64,000 nucleotides of DNA from the NCBI GenBank assembly GCA_001938485.1, contig MQRK01224568.1:1-64000 (forward strand), given 5' to 3'. Positions within the stretch are counted from its first letter, which is position 1. Each line of letters opens with the position of its first letter. This DNA is from Girardia tigrina. Lineage: Eukaryota. Shown here piece by piece: positions 24,201 to 38,700 of the stretch. Below the pieces are notes generated by a model. The model did no database searches. It was given only the letters and a program-made list of their open reading frames with translations, and was not told the origin of the DNA. The position numbers were made by a program, and so were the translations under genes.

Positions 24201-27200
24201 ATTTTTAATAAGCNNNNNNNNNNNNNNNNNNNNNNNNNNNNNNNNNNNNNNNNNNNNNNNNNNAAGAAAACAAAAATATTAAATATTTATTTATAAATAA
24301 AAATATTTTTAATAAGCAATTTTAAATAAACTTTGAAATAAATTTTGAAAATAAAGATTAAATAATTTTTGAAATAAATTTTCGAAATAAATTTTCAGGA
24401 TTTTAAAAATTAAATCGAAAAGAATTTAATAGATTAATTTGGGTCGAGATAATTAAATTAACAGGAAAATTTGTTTTAAATATGTGAATTGTTATATAAA
24501 TAAATTTTGGAGTTAAAAAAATGAATCCTGATATTGAGGTTGCAACCACTTCTCACATCCCCTATAACATGCAAATTATATAGAGAATATTTGGTATTAT
24601 AGGGTCCAAATCTTTGATTCATTGGCGGGGGTACTAATAAAAAAAATGTACTTATTTTGTTATTGAATACATTCAAAACATGTTGGGTCAACTTTTTATG
24701 ACTACCGAAAATGGTAATTACAGATTTTTTCATTCGTGATACACCCTAATATATATATATATATATAGTTTTTACGTTTATTTTTATAAATATTTTCAAT
24801 TTATTGAAGAAAAATATATATTTTGTTTATAGTTAAAATTTTATTTATTTAAACAATTATATAACATTTTATAATATACACTACCATTTTAAAAATTTTA
24901 CTTTCTGTGAATTTGGTAATCTTGAATTAAGGGTTATTTGCTTCTTAATTTCAAATTTCACAATTATTTAATTTTAAATAAAGGGATTCAAAAGTATCTT
25001 TTAAATAAACTTGATTAAAACACTTTTATTAAATCCATTTTTGGAAAGTCAATTATGAAATTCGTCGCCCACATTATCAAAACCCCTTCAGCTGACGTAG
25101 AGTCCCAGACTTTATGTACCAAATCTTTAACCCCTTTACCGTGGAAAAAAATGTTTGCCACAATTGTTGCAACTAAATTGCTTTTCTCCAGTGTGCATAC
25201 CTACACATACATGTATGTATGCATAAATCTACACAAACTACACTATGCATAAATTATAATCATAATAAATAAAGATTTATCTGAAGACGAGTTAAGTCGT
25301 GATGTACGGTTAAGCCCAAGATTTCATATGACGAGTTAACTCGTGACACACGGTAAATGGGTTAATCATGTTTCTATTATATGTTGGATCAGAAGCACTG
25401 TCTGTACAACTGTACTGTAATGTACATTGTACACAACGATTATTTCACTCCTCACATTCATGGTTTTCAGGAACTTGCAGATTCTATCTTTTAGTAAAGC
25501 TGTAAAGATAAAACAAATTATTTCTTTATTCAAATGGCATTTTTGCCAATCATTTACTCGTATTCATATCCAAACAAATTAAGTCTCATAAAACTGACAA
25601 ATGATTCTCCAATTATTAGATTTTACATTTTAATTTCAATTGTTAATTTATGTGATCCCCTAAAATTAGCATTATTATGAATGAAACAGATCAGGGACCG
25701 GTAAGATTTATTAGGTTTATACTCTATTAATTAAATACAGCTTCTAGATTATCGGATTATAAAAAAAGTGCAAGAAGTCTTGCTAATATTTATCCTGATC
25801 GTCGGATATATTGGCAATGTCATGATAATATTCACATTAAGATTCGATAAAAAACTTAGAAAATTTACTAAGATGATTTTATTTCAACAAGCTTTATGGG
25901 ATATAACTAACTTGTTGGTGTTCGGGACCACAATGGTACTGGATCTCGTGTATCATATAGACATCAGCAATTTCCTTACTGTATACCTTTCCTGTCTCTC
26001 AACCAGATGCGCAATTTGGTGTTCGGTCACACTCTCCCTTGAAAGAATGTGTCTTGTTCTCTGGCCGATCAAACCTCTTTGGCAAAGGCTCTCATATAAA
26101 CATTCTCTTATTTATGGAGCCCTTCTCGTTCTCGTCCTTGCAGTCATACATTATCCAATGTTGTTAGAAATAAATTCTAATAACAAGTATATTGCTTATT
26201 TAAATTTTACACTAATATGTCTGCCATTTGTAATAATATATGGTTCAAATGTTTTTACGATTAAAAGAATTAGAAAAAGTTCCATGAAAGCAACAAAAAA
26301 TGTCAATAAACATCCTTCACTGTTTGTAATAAAGATGGTTATTGTCATATCATTGTATTACATTCTATCCGCTTTTCCATTGGCAATTTTAGACCTCCTT
26401 GAGAGTGAAAAAGGACCTATATATTCTAATCCCCATACTCGCAAAGTCTTTTACCGGTTCTCGTCAATTATTTATTTGTCAAACAGCGCCATCAGATTCT
26501 ATCTCTACAATCTCGCTACGCCTCATTTGAGGAAAATTATTGTTATTGCTATCGAAGAACTTGGAAAAAAATTTAAAGTATTCAATGGCAAAAATTCACG
26601 ACTTTCCAAATCCACAAATATAAATATAATATAATATATATAAACAATAATTATTACTAGTATTGATACATAATTAACATTATCTTTAGTGAGAGTCGAT
26701 TTTTGTAGTTGATGTAACTAATAAAATTATATATTTCTTATATTTTAAAATTAAAATATTATGAACTTGTTCGGTGGTATGGCGGCATCCATCCCGCAGA
26801 TTTATTACGTCGAGAATGTTTTTGATCAGCTAATGAGTTAAAACTTATTTATCTTTTTCTTTTAAATATCGACACCGTGAGGGGTTTTACCATTTGTAAA
26901 GAAACAGTGAATAAAACATGAATTATAAAATCAATTCATATAATTTTCAATTAAAAACCCAAATAAATAAAGGAAAATTGATGTCTGTTGTATTGGTTAT
27001 GAAAACTGTAGGCATAATTAATTAAATTAAATTAAATATATTAAAAATAAAAGATTAATAATTATGTTGTTTAAATGTGATGTTTTAATAAAAAGAAATA
27101 CAATTTTTAAAAGTGTCTTATTGTTGCGTCTTCAATGACTTTGAATAATTAAAATGAGGAGATTCCTTCGTTGTTCAATAACCCAACCAACCGAATGGCT

Positions 27201-30200
27201 CAAAGGGAAGCTGTTTTAGAAATTGACAAATATTGAAAATTAGAAGACCAAATACTTCCCTGTGTTAATAAATCATTCGTCAGAGATATTTGACTTTATT
27301 TCGTCAGCTATGGATCAAACTTTCACAGACCCGTTTGACACACTCAAATTGGCACTCATTAAGGAATATTCTTTGACAATTGAACAAGCACTTCACAAAT
27401 TTAGCAAGTTCAACACGGATCGACATTTTAAATCGTCCCGAGTACTCAGAGATTTAAAACAGTGTCACAAAGTCATCAGACAGCAATTTCTGAATCTTTT
27501 ATTTATATATATCAGATGTCATTGAACTATGCCAACTGGATGATTAAGCTATCAAAGCAGACCTACATTTTTTTAGAAGTCACAAATTGTCGAATTTTCT
27601 CCAATATTGGCATTGAACAGGTATTTTGCCAAGTTCCAATATAAGAAAAAAATAAACACAATACCACTGTCATCGAATACAATTTATGCCGAAACACCGT
27701 CCAACTTTCCAACGGCTCGAAACTCGAAGCCACAAGCCCCATTTGGGTATCTTTAGTTTTTCGTTCAATTTTTGTTAGTTTTTTCAGTGTACTACCCACA
27801 ATCCCCAAATGGGTATTGGAAAAATATATATATATATTTGTTGATTTTTGCTTCTATTGTCAAGAAAACTTAATTTTAATAGTTTTTAGTACAAATCTAT
27901 AGATAGAAGTTAAAATATTTCAAAAAATAAATCTGGTACTTAAAGCGTTAACTTTTAATACACAATTTAAAATATTTTAAGAAACCGGAATTTAATTTTC
28001 TGAGGCTTATCCTATTATTCGGTTTGTTGACTCCGTATCACTTATAGTAAATCTTACATATGCAATTGAATCTGTACTACTGGTTATATGGGTTACACGC
28101 GTCGGATGTAAGAACGTCTTGAATAAGTCATTACAGTAAATTCTCGTCGATTATTTTCTTTCTACTACCCAAATTCATATGTATTCGGACACGTAAAATA
28201 ATTCTTATTAAAAATTTTAAATTATAAATAATATATACCTATTTGTATTATAAATGAATTAATTTGATATTTTACGATAATATAAATACAATTCTAAAAT
28301 AATTTGAAGAAATCAAATAAAAAAGTTAACTAATAAAAATTTTATTCACATTTAAAAATTTGTTCTCAAATTCAAAAGAATTTGGACACCTACTATTTAA
28401 AATCTTGTAACATCGCCCTTTGCTTTTATGACATCTTCCATTCTTCTATTGATTGAATTGTATAAATCCTGACATTTATCAATGGGAAAACTATTCCATA
28501 TTGCTAAAATTTTATTCTTCAAATCAATTTTATTTTTAGGATGTTTTTTTCGTAATTCCTTTTTCATAATTGCCCAAACATTCTCTATGGGACTTGAATC
28601 TGGGCTTCCTGAAGGCCATGTCCAGAAGGACATATTATTTTTCATCATCCAAGTTTTTGCAAATTTAGAAGTATAACAAGATGCTCCATCTTGTTGAAAA
28701 ATGAAATTTCCATTGTCAAAATATTGCCTAATAGATGGGATGAGACTTTCCCTTAATATTTCGATATACTTTGTTGAGTTCATTGTGCCCTCTATAAAGT
28801 GAAGACTGCCAAGTCCTTTGCTTGTCATACAACCAAAAATCATTACACTTTCTGGAAATTTCAGAGTTCGGTTTAAACAGTCCGATATTGATGACTCGGT
28901 ACTAAGTCTTAAGACCGATTTTCCATTTTCGCCCATAGACAATTCAAAACGAGATTGGTCTGAAAAAATAACTTTATTCAAATCATTTTGGCTCCATTTA
29001 CTATGATTAAGAGGCCATTCAAGTGTTTTTTTTCTTTTGAATATGTGACAGAAATGGTTTGTTTTTAGCCTTAAAGAAGTGTTACGCAATGCTTATATTT
29101 CATTAAGAAAATCTTACCTTGTAGAATGAATAATTTAATTCATGTATTCGACGTAGAAAAGTGAACGGAGAAAAAGAAATGCATGTTTGCATACTCCATT
29201 TTTCGTTGATTTCTTTAACAGTAGCACGACGATATTGAGGAATTAACCTCTTCAAACACCGGTTATCAGTAGCGAAAGTCAACTTTGGTCATCCAGATTT
29301 CTTTGACGATGAGTTATTCTGACGGTATTTAGCTTTTTTAATGTTATCGAACACCGTCGATTTACTTATCTCTAAAATTTTTGAAATTTCCCTTACTGAT
29401 TTTCCTTTAACATGCATGGCAAATATTTTCTCACGCATTTCTGTATGCATCTTTTTTCTACAAACCATATTTTAAAAATAACGAAAATTTAATCGACTGA
29501 AATATTTAAACAATAATAACTACATGTGTTTTTACTAATAATCCATATTGAATTTAAAATAATTCATTGCCTACATTTATATTATAATTTTTATTAAGTG
29601 TCCGAATTCTTTTGAATTTGAAAACAAATTTTTAAATGCGAATAAAATTTTTATTAGTTAACTTTTTATTTGATTTCTTCAAATTATTTAATTGTATTAA
29701 GATTATCGTAAAAAATCAAATTAATTCATCTATAATACAAATAAGTACATATTATTTATAATTTAAAATTTTCAATAAGAATTATTTTACGTGTCCGAAT
29801 ACATATGAATTTGGGTAGTATCATACTTCTTTTAGTCACACAAAACTTTTTTGCATAATGTTGGTATTACTTTTGACATACGTTTAAAAGAACAAAATAA
29901 GGAGGAAGAATTTGTGATATTCTTCAATATTATGGAAGAAAGCAATATTATGGAAGAATGCTGTTGCATTTCAGAACGATGTCAGGTCCCATACCTTGGA
30001 AGCTATAAATTGATTTACTGTTTTTAAATGTTATTTATGTATACAATGGCTGGCAAATAGTAACTCCAAGAAGCCAATCTAATCGTACACCACAGCCTCA
30101 ATCCAGTTCATAAATCCAGCACATACAGCTATTACGGTATAGGATAAACCTCAAATATAATATCAATCTTGAATACCATTTCCTTTTTTGTATTAAAAGC

Positions 30201-33200
30201 AAAAATTGTCTTTCTCATCATTTTCGTAAAAATAAAAACCCATTTGGTTGGAATAAGATATTGGGTGATAGAGTTATTAAGTTCATTGAATCTTCAAAGT
30301 TCCGTTAAATGCAAATCATAACTTTCATTTAGAGTATAATTCTTTAAATCATCAATATTCCAGGTTATATAGGATGCAACCATTGTGTTCTTAAAGGGGT
30401 ATTGTGTAAGTAAATCCAGTTTGTTTAAAAATCATGCTGTTAGATGTCGAGTTTTTCTTCTATTTGATTTTCTGTTTATTGAAAAAGTATTTCTGTGGAG
30501 CATTTATTTAATTTGACCATGGTAAACTTGGAACTTGAAAATATTCATCCGATGTTGGTATTCTTATTTATAAAACTTTTCGTTGGAGTTTTATCAATTA
30601 TTTTTTTGATAGAATAAATATTGACTGAAATTTGACGACTGGGTCTAGGTTCGTCTTTCAAATTGTCTCGCCATTCTGAAATTAGCTGACTAAGATGGTA
30701 CTAAATTTGGATTCGCAACATCCTTTTATATTATAAATAATGTCAAATGTTTTTTTCCAAAAAAATCTCATATACATTGTTAGTTGTGTTGATATCATTT
30801 CGATATTTGCATTATTTTATTCGTTGTCAAAATTTTTATTAATACAAAATAATAATTTTTATATAGAACAAATTAAAACAAATTTTTCAACTTTCTTTTA
30901 ATAATCAATTCGCCGAGATTTATCTTAACAATCAAATTCTGATTACACTTATCAAAACTGAAACTTAAAAATAATATTTAAATCGATTAAAATTTATTCT
31001 AAAATAATACTCATTTATAAATTAAAAACGAAATATTTTAATTTTTTCTAATTTTAAATTGATTTAATTTATTTAAAATAATATTAATTTTAAAATTTAG
31101 GACACATTTTATTCAACCATATTAAAAATTAATAAATGCTCTAATTTATTATTTCCAGAAATTATATACTTTTAAATATTTCAATTATATTATTAATTTT
31201 GAAATCAAAATTTAATTCAAATATTTTTTTAAAAAATTTTTAAATTACGTTTAAAATTTTTAGTTATTTCTAAATTATTAAAATTTTCCAGCTAAAAGAA
31301 AATTAACTAACTTCTCATACAATTAAATAATTTTTCATTGTTCAATTTAGGTGTCATGAAACTAATACAAAAATTTAGATTTCTGTGATTTGATAGCTAG
31401 ATAATATAAATTAAACCAAGAGCTTTTTAACAGATGTTTAGCATTTTTATTGTTAAGAGAACTCACACATTTGACAGAACATTTATTATATTCACATTTC
31501 TTATCATCTTTATGATGATCAATAGTATTGCTTTCACTTAGATCCATCACTCAATTTTCAATATCTCTCATTACAATCTGAACTATACTTGAGAAAATTA
31601 TTTTATTAAAAAATATTTAATATAAATTTTATTGGTTTAAATAAAATATTTTTATAGTCATTTTTAAACATTAATTTGATTTTAATTATTTAAAAATTTA
31701 CAAAAATAAAATCAAAAATATTATTTAAAAGTTGCAATAATAAAAATTAAAAATTTGAATATTAAATCTAAATTTAAATAAATTAGTTTCAGGTTATAAG
31801 AATTAAAATATTGATCATCCATCTGATTAGGGGAGGCACAATCCAAAATCAACACACAACATTTGAACATGCAAACACTACAAAAAACAATTACACACCA
31901 AATATTCTTCACATTTATATAGTTATTTAATTTTAATCTTACTTTGAAAAAAATGAATTACCATTGTGACAATGTAATATTTAAAGTTGTATTGTGTTAA
32001 TCTTTGTTATAATCTTTCAACAACATTTCTAACAACATTTCAACATTTCTAATCGGATCCGGAGTCGCATTGAATTTCTGCAATGAGATCTTTATCAAAA
32101 TACGAAGAAAACACCCCAATTTTCGTATTTTCGTCTAATTTCGCTTCTTCGAACAATGTTAAAAATTCTTAAACATTATTGACGTGTTCTGCAATCGATT
32201 TTTCCTTCAGGTGATTTTTTTCGAAGATAAACAATTTTTCTTCTTTTTTCTTGAATATGAGTTCTTCTAAAAACTTCTGTGCAGTTGCATTTGTTCGTGA
32301 CACCATGTTATAGTCTTAAATAAAAGATTAATAAAATGGATTATCAATATTTATTAACAAAAAAGAATGTTTAAATAGTAATATTTAAACAACATATAAA
32401 TTCTTATTTTTTAATAATTTCTATTTTTTATTCATTTTTTAATAATTTTCATAAATGATAATATAACAATCTTATATGAAACCGACTTTATAATTGATGA
32501 GACTATTTATTATGAAATAACAATTATTTTTTAAAATTACTATAGAATGTTCAGATCTTCAATTAATTCTTCTAAAATTGCTTATATTGCCGGATTCCCC
32601 TCAGTGTTCCAGCTCCCGGTTTCGGTTTCTTATTAGATTGTCTCAAAAGAATCTATCTCTTCGAGTAAAATATATACATTTAAATATTACTATTCCAGCA
32701 TTATTTCAGGAAGAGATTTTCAAATTACTTGTAGCAAAAACAGATTTAATTCAGTCCCTCCAACCAGAATTTTCATTGATCTTACCTGTTATACAATCGA
32801 AACAGGTAAAACAGTTCAACACATTAATACACGAACCTGTTCCTGATAAAAAAGATGATGAAGACGTTTGTCAGTTCTTGATTAACACAAAATTGACGAA
32901 GAGTAACTGGAAAGGATTAGATTTGAATATGGACAGTGAAAACTCCGGATTCAGTGTTTCGATGTGGATTCAGATGGAGAGTGGACATGAATATAAATCA
33001 AGTGGGTTAAAATACTTAAGTAATGGACTACCTAATAAAGAATTGAAAATATTCAAAAATTCAGTTTTTAGAATAAATATTAGGTCAAATTAGGGAAATT
33101 CTCGAATTAGTCATTTTTAAGAAAATAGTATTTAATTTTCTCCTTCGTTGTACTCATATTTGCACAATCCGATAATGATAAAAACAAATATGTTAAATAT

Positions 33201-35695
33201 ATTCATAAAATCGAATAAATAGTGTTTTAATATATGCCATTTTTTGTTCAAATTGGACATTTTCTTTCAAATTGGACTCATTTTTTTCAAATTAGACAAA
33301 GTTTTTTAATATACTCTTTTTATAGAAAGAAAATTGCAATTAATAATTTATTTATGAACGTAAGGTGTTCCACTGCCGAATTTGTAATATTTCTGGCCAT
33401 ATATGTAAAATATCCCAAACAGTCACTTTCTGTTATTTTACTAACTTCATTCATAATCTTTTCAGGCAAATTAATGTTAATATTATTAGCCAATTTAGCT
33501 TGAATACCAGATTTTATTTTTGAATAGAGAATACGCTTTGTGGTTTAATCACTACTTTGAATCTGACTTTTCCAAGATTTATTATAATGACGAATCTTCT
33601 TTTAATCTTCATATGCAACGTTCATATGGGAGATCCAAAAAAGGAACAAGAGTTAATTCCTTGGTGCCTACAACTCGGGATAAATCAATGTCTTTGATTG
33701 CCGCTATGTCAATGAATAAAAGAATAATATTTAGAATAAATATTAAGTCAAATTAGGAAAATTCTTGAATTAGTCATTTTTAAGAAAATAGTATTTAATT
33801 TTCTCCTTCGTTATATTCATATTTGCACAACTTGTAAAGTGATTAGCGATACCACAGTAAATTCTAATGTTTTTGAAGAGTATTTAGAAGAGCTCTGCAT
33901 TGATGTTTTAAATGTTGAGAAAATATTTATTTTCTATGATAATAATTTTCTATGTTAATAATGAATTTTTTATATTGGAGAGAGTTTTTTTTATATTGAG
34001 AATTCATTACCAGCAAAAATTGCTAAGTAAAACTGAAAAATATCATTTCTCATTCCATTTTCTTTCTACTTATTCATATATTAGGTTGTTCGAAAAATAA
34101 TGGCGGTTTTTGAGCTTTATACTTTGTTTATCTACTTTGATATGTATAGAAGTTTAAATGCATTAGTGATAGATATTATTTGAAATCTTATGCCTAGATG
34201 TATATTCCTATAGCCATTATTAACATATTGCTGTTATTTTTTAGAATATTTACGGTGCTAAATTAATAATGGAAAAAATTAAAATTCGNNNNNNNNNNNN
34301 NNNNNNNNNNNNNNNNNNNNNNNNNNNNNNNNNNNNNNNNNNNNNNNNNNNNNNNNNNNNNNNNNNNNNNNNNNNNNNNNNNNNNNNNNNNNNNNNNNNN
34401 NNNNNNNNNNNNNNNNNNNNNNNNNNNNNNNNNNNNNNNNNNNNNNNNNNNNNNNNNNNNNNNNNNNNNNNNNNNNNNNNNNNNNNNNNNNNNNNNNNNN
34501 NNNNNNNNNNNNNNNNNNNNNNNNNNNNNNNNNNNNNNNNNNNNNNNNNNNNNNNNNNNNNNNNNNNNNNNNNNNNNNNNNNNNNNNNNNNNNNNNNNNN
34601 NNNNNNNNNNNNNNNNNNNNNNNNNNNNNNNNNNNNNNNNNNNNNNNNNNNNNNNNNNNNNNNNNNNNNNNNNNNNNNNNNNNNNNNNNNNNNNNNNNNN
34701 NNNNNNNNNNNNNNNNNNNNNNNNNNNNNNNNNNNNNNNNNNNNNNNNNNNNNNNNNNNNNNNNNNNNNNNNNNNNNNNNNNNNNNNNNNNNNNNNNNNN
34801 NNNNNNNNNNNNNNNNNNNNNNNNNNNNNNNNNNNNNNNNNNNNNNNNNNNNNNNNNNNNNNNNNNNNNNNNNNNNNNNNNNNNNNNNNNNNNNNNNNNN
34901 NNNNNNNNNNNNNNNNNNNNNNNNNNNNNNNNNNNNNNNNNNNNNNNNNNNNNNNNNNNNNNNNNNNNNNNNNNNNNNNNNNNNNNNNNNNNNNNNNNNN
35001 NNNNNNNNNNNNNNNNNNNNNNNNNNNNNNNNNNNNNNNNNNNNNNNNNNNNNNNNNNNNNNNNNNNTTCAGGCATTTGTACAACTTCCTACGTGAAAAA
35101 ATTTTCAAAAACCAAAATGATGCTCAAAATTCCTTCCAAGAATTCGTCGCTTCGAGAACCGATGCATTTTATGCTGATGGAATAAACAACTTGTTTCTCA
35201 TTGGCAAAAATGTATTGATGCCAACGGTTCATACTTTGATTAATAAACTTTTGTTTCTGTGAATTTACACGTCTTTGAAGTTTGTGTCCCAAAACCGCCA
35301 TTATTTTTCGACCAACCTAATATGTAGAATCCGATTGAAAATGCATTTTCAAAAATAAAATCTGGTATTCGAGCTAAATTGGCTAATAATATTAATATTA
35401 ATTTGCCTGAAATGATAATGAATGAAGATAGTAAAATAACAGAAAGTGACTGTTTGGGATACTTTACATATATGGCCAGAAATATTACAAATTCGGCAGT
35501 GGAACATCTTACGTTCATAAATAAATTATTAATTGCAACTTGGTCCAATTTAAAAATAATTTGTCCAATTTGAACAAAAATGGTATAAATTCAAAGAGTA
35601 ATTGCATGAATTTATGCATAATCATAGTGAACATATAGTTTACGTATGCATATGAATAAATGACATTAGCAGGCATATATTTGGAAAACATATAC

Positions 35696-35733
<38 letters not shown>

Positions 35734-38700
35734 GTTCAGAAAAAAATGCTTGAAAACGCATTTATTCTGAACACCATATATGAAAAATATGGCTCAATTT
35801 CGCGAGAAAATATAAATACTAATGGAATTCTACAATCAATGAGGAAATCTGCTAATGTTTAATTTAATATGGGGACGGAAAACTTCAATCAACGCTGGTA
35901 GAAATGAAGCGATATAATCCTGAGACTAAAGAAAAAATATAAATATTTTAGAATTCACAGTTTCAAGATTTTTTTTATGAAAAAGGATACCAATACGTGA
36001 ATTCAAGGCTTCCTTGGCAGTATAGAGTTCCAATCGAGTAATGGACCTTCAATTTTAATATGTCAACAGACTACCCAATCAAAGTTTGGGAATGAATCAA
36101 TACATCTTCATTGACGAAATTGACTTTAAATTTTGGAACAGTAGGAGATTTGAAATATCAAATAGACTCTATTTAATAGAGTATTACATATACATACATT
36201 CGTTTCAACAAACAGGGGCAAAATATGTCGCTGATTGTGGCAATCAGTAAAGATTGTCCATTACTAATTAAATTATACAGTGGGAGTGTTGATTATGAGA
36301 AGTGCCAGACATTTATGAGTGACATTAATTTATGTAAGATTTATTTAGCACAATTTCACGTCCACATTTTTCATGGCACCAAGTTTATGTACTTTACTTA
36401 GAAGACAAGGATCATCTTGCAGAAGTTCAAAGTATACATAAATACAAATTGGAAATTAATAATTATTTAAATTTATTTTAATCAGTGTCACATTTTGTTT
36501 ATTAAAGAAATGCAAACTTTTTTCAAATTTATTCATAATTTTAAAAATTAAAAAAAATAATTACTTAAATGTTTTTGAATTAAATGAAAAATAATTTACC
36601 TTTCCACTTACTGAAGTTAGGCTGAACCCTTTGAATTAACCCACGGACTACCGATGCCCCATATATGGGCGAAACATCCAAACTTTATACTGAATCTATA
36701 TTTTTGAAGGGGAAATCCCCAAAATTAAAATTAAATTAATTAATTAATTTAATTAAATATGTGATAAATTTGGATAAAAATTATTAAAAACAATCAAATT
36801 TTTTAAAAAAATGCAATACAGTAAAACCTCTCTATAAGGAGTTATTTGGGACCGAGATATTAAAAAATATTGTTCCTTAAAGAGAATTACATCTTATAAA
36901 GAGGGAACTTTATAGAGAGGTTTTACTGTAATCGCGTAATCAAGATCTTAAGATACATTCATATGCTTTTTCCATAAAATTATGTTTTCCATTACTTGTT
37001 TAGTTTTTCATGTCTAAATGTTCGCAAAAAATCGGTACTCAAAGAGGTAATGATGAATAAGTATTAATATATTTTTTTAATTTATCATTTTATTGTACTT
37101 GTGTTATATTAGCTATATAATTTCATTCTAATTTTTTGCTTTCTTCAAGAGAAATCCTCCAAATCCTACACTTCTCCAATAAGTCAGGCTTTCAGTGAGT
37201 CGGGGACAAATAAAAAAGGTTCCAAGGATCGTTTTAATCAAGATTATATTCATTTAGCGTCATTATATTCAAAAGAAAAAAATACAAATCTCAAATTCTA
37301 CAGTTTTCAAGTAATTTGCATCTGTCTAAGTTTCGTAATAAACGTTTCCTTCACAATTTGATACAGATTTGGTGTCAGCCCTCGTCGGGAACAATTTTGA
37401 TCCGTTTATATCAAAGGATAAGTGATTCAAGCAATAATGACTTCCATTCTGTTTCAGCACAGTCAACTCTTAAATCAATTAAAGATTCCAAACTCCAACT
37501 TTTACATTTGTTCTCATCCACCAGTACCAGCAAAACCGATTATAATGACTCCTACATCTTCAACGATTTATCCTTGAGAAGTTCATTTGTACTTGTGGAT
37601 GAATCTGCAATGAACAATTTCTTACCTATAAACACGTGGAATTTTTTAACAATATCAGTTGGCTGGCAGAGTCAGGGTTCTGGATTGGTAATAGTATTAC
37701 TTTTCTAAGATTATTCGAACAATTTAAATAATTTCTTTTATATTTTTACTCTGCATTTATGACTTAGTTACTTTCCTTTTTTCTATTCAAAAGGTGAAGT
37801 AGCCGTTCTAAGATAGATGGAAACACTTTGATATAATATTCACCGTTGTTAAGCAGTATCAACTTGACTGATTCAGCCTACTACTAATATCATAATAATT
37901 TCATAATATGTAATTTAAAAGTTATTTATATAAAACTAAATTTTAAAGGCGCACATTTTTGATTTATACTAATTGTTAAATAATAATAATAATTTATGAT
38001 TGGTATATGAGAGCCCTGAGATTTGGTTGATGCTGGTAACCAGATTTTTGAAGTTATCCAGGCCATACGTCTCTCTTAGGCTTGTTTCAAAATTAAATGT
38101 CTAGCGTTAATACTCCGCTTGGTGCGATGGCGATGATTCAAAGACCGTCTAGGGTCCAGCAAATTCCATAGATCTGGTACTTACTCTTGTTGGTTGAGGT
38201 GGACACGTGCTTGACGAGATGTAGTTCATAGGGTTGTCCTGAAAGTCCTATGGGGGTATCAGCAAATGTGGGTATTGAATCGCGTTACTATGTCCATTTT
38301 TTCCATTAATATTTGTGGATCGATTATCGTTCAAAGAATCGTCTTTGAAACAGTTTAAATCTCTACTGTTTATCGTTTATGGTGCCAATAGTTTTTCGAT
38401 TTGGAAATCAATTTTCATTTTTTATAAGAATAAAACGAGAATCAATTAAATATAGATATTTTTATATTTTAAAAGAAAACATTATAATCATAAAAAGTGT
38501 CTTTTTAAAAAAAATAATTATTGTTTTACATAAAATACATGTAATTTTTAATATATATTTGAATATTTTTATTTTCAAAATTAATTACAAAAAAATAATT
38601 AAAATATACATCAATATTTATAAATAAAAAAAATTTTCAAAAGAATTGCGTCCAGATCAAATATCAGCATATTGGAAGCCTTATGTGGTATAATAACACG

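Noticed and set aside
25281-25310. CTGAAGA followed by a hairpin
   Set aside because: No GAAA core; it is part of a piggyBac-like MITE palindrome.
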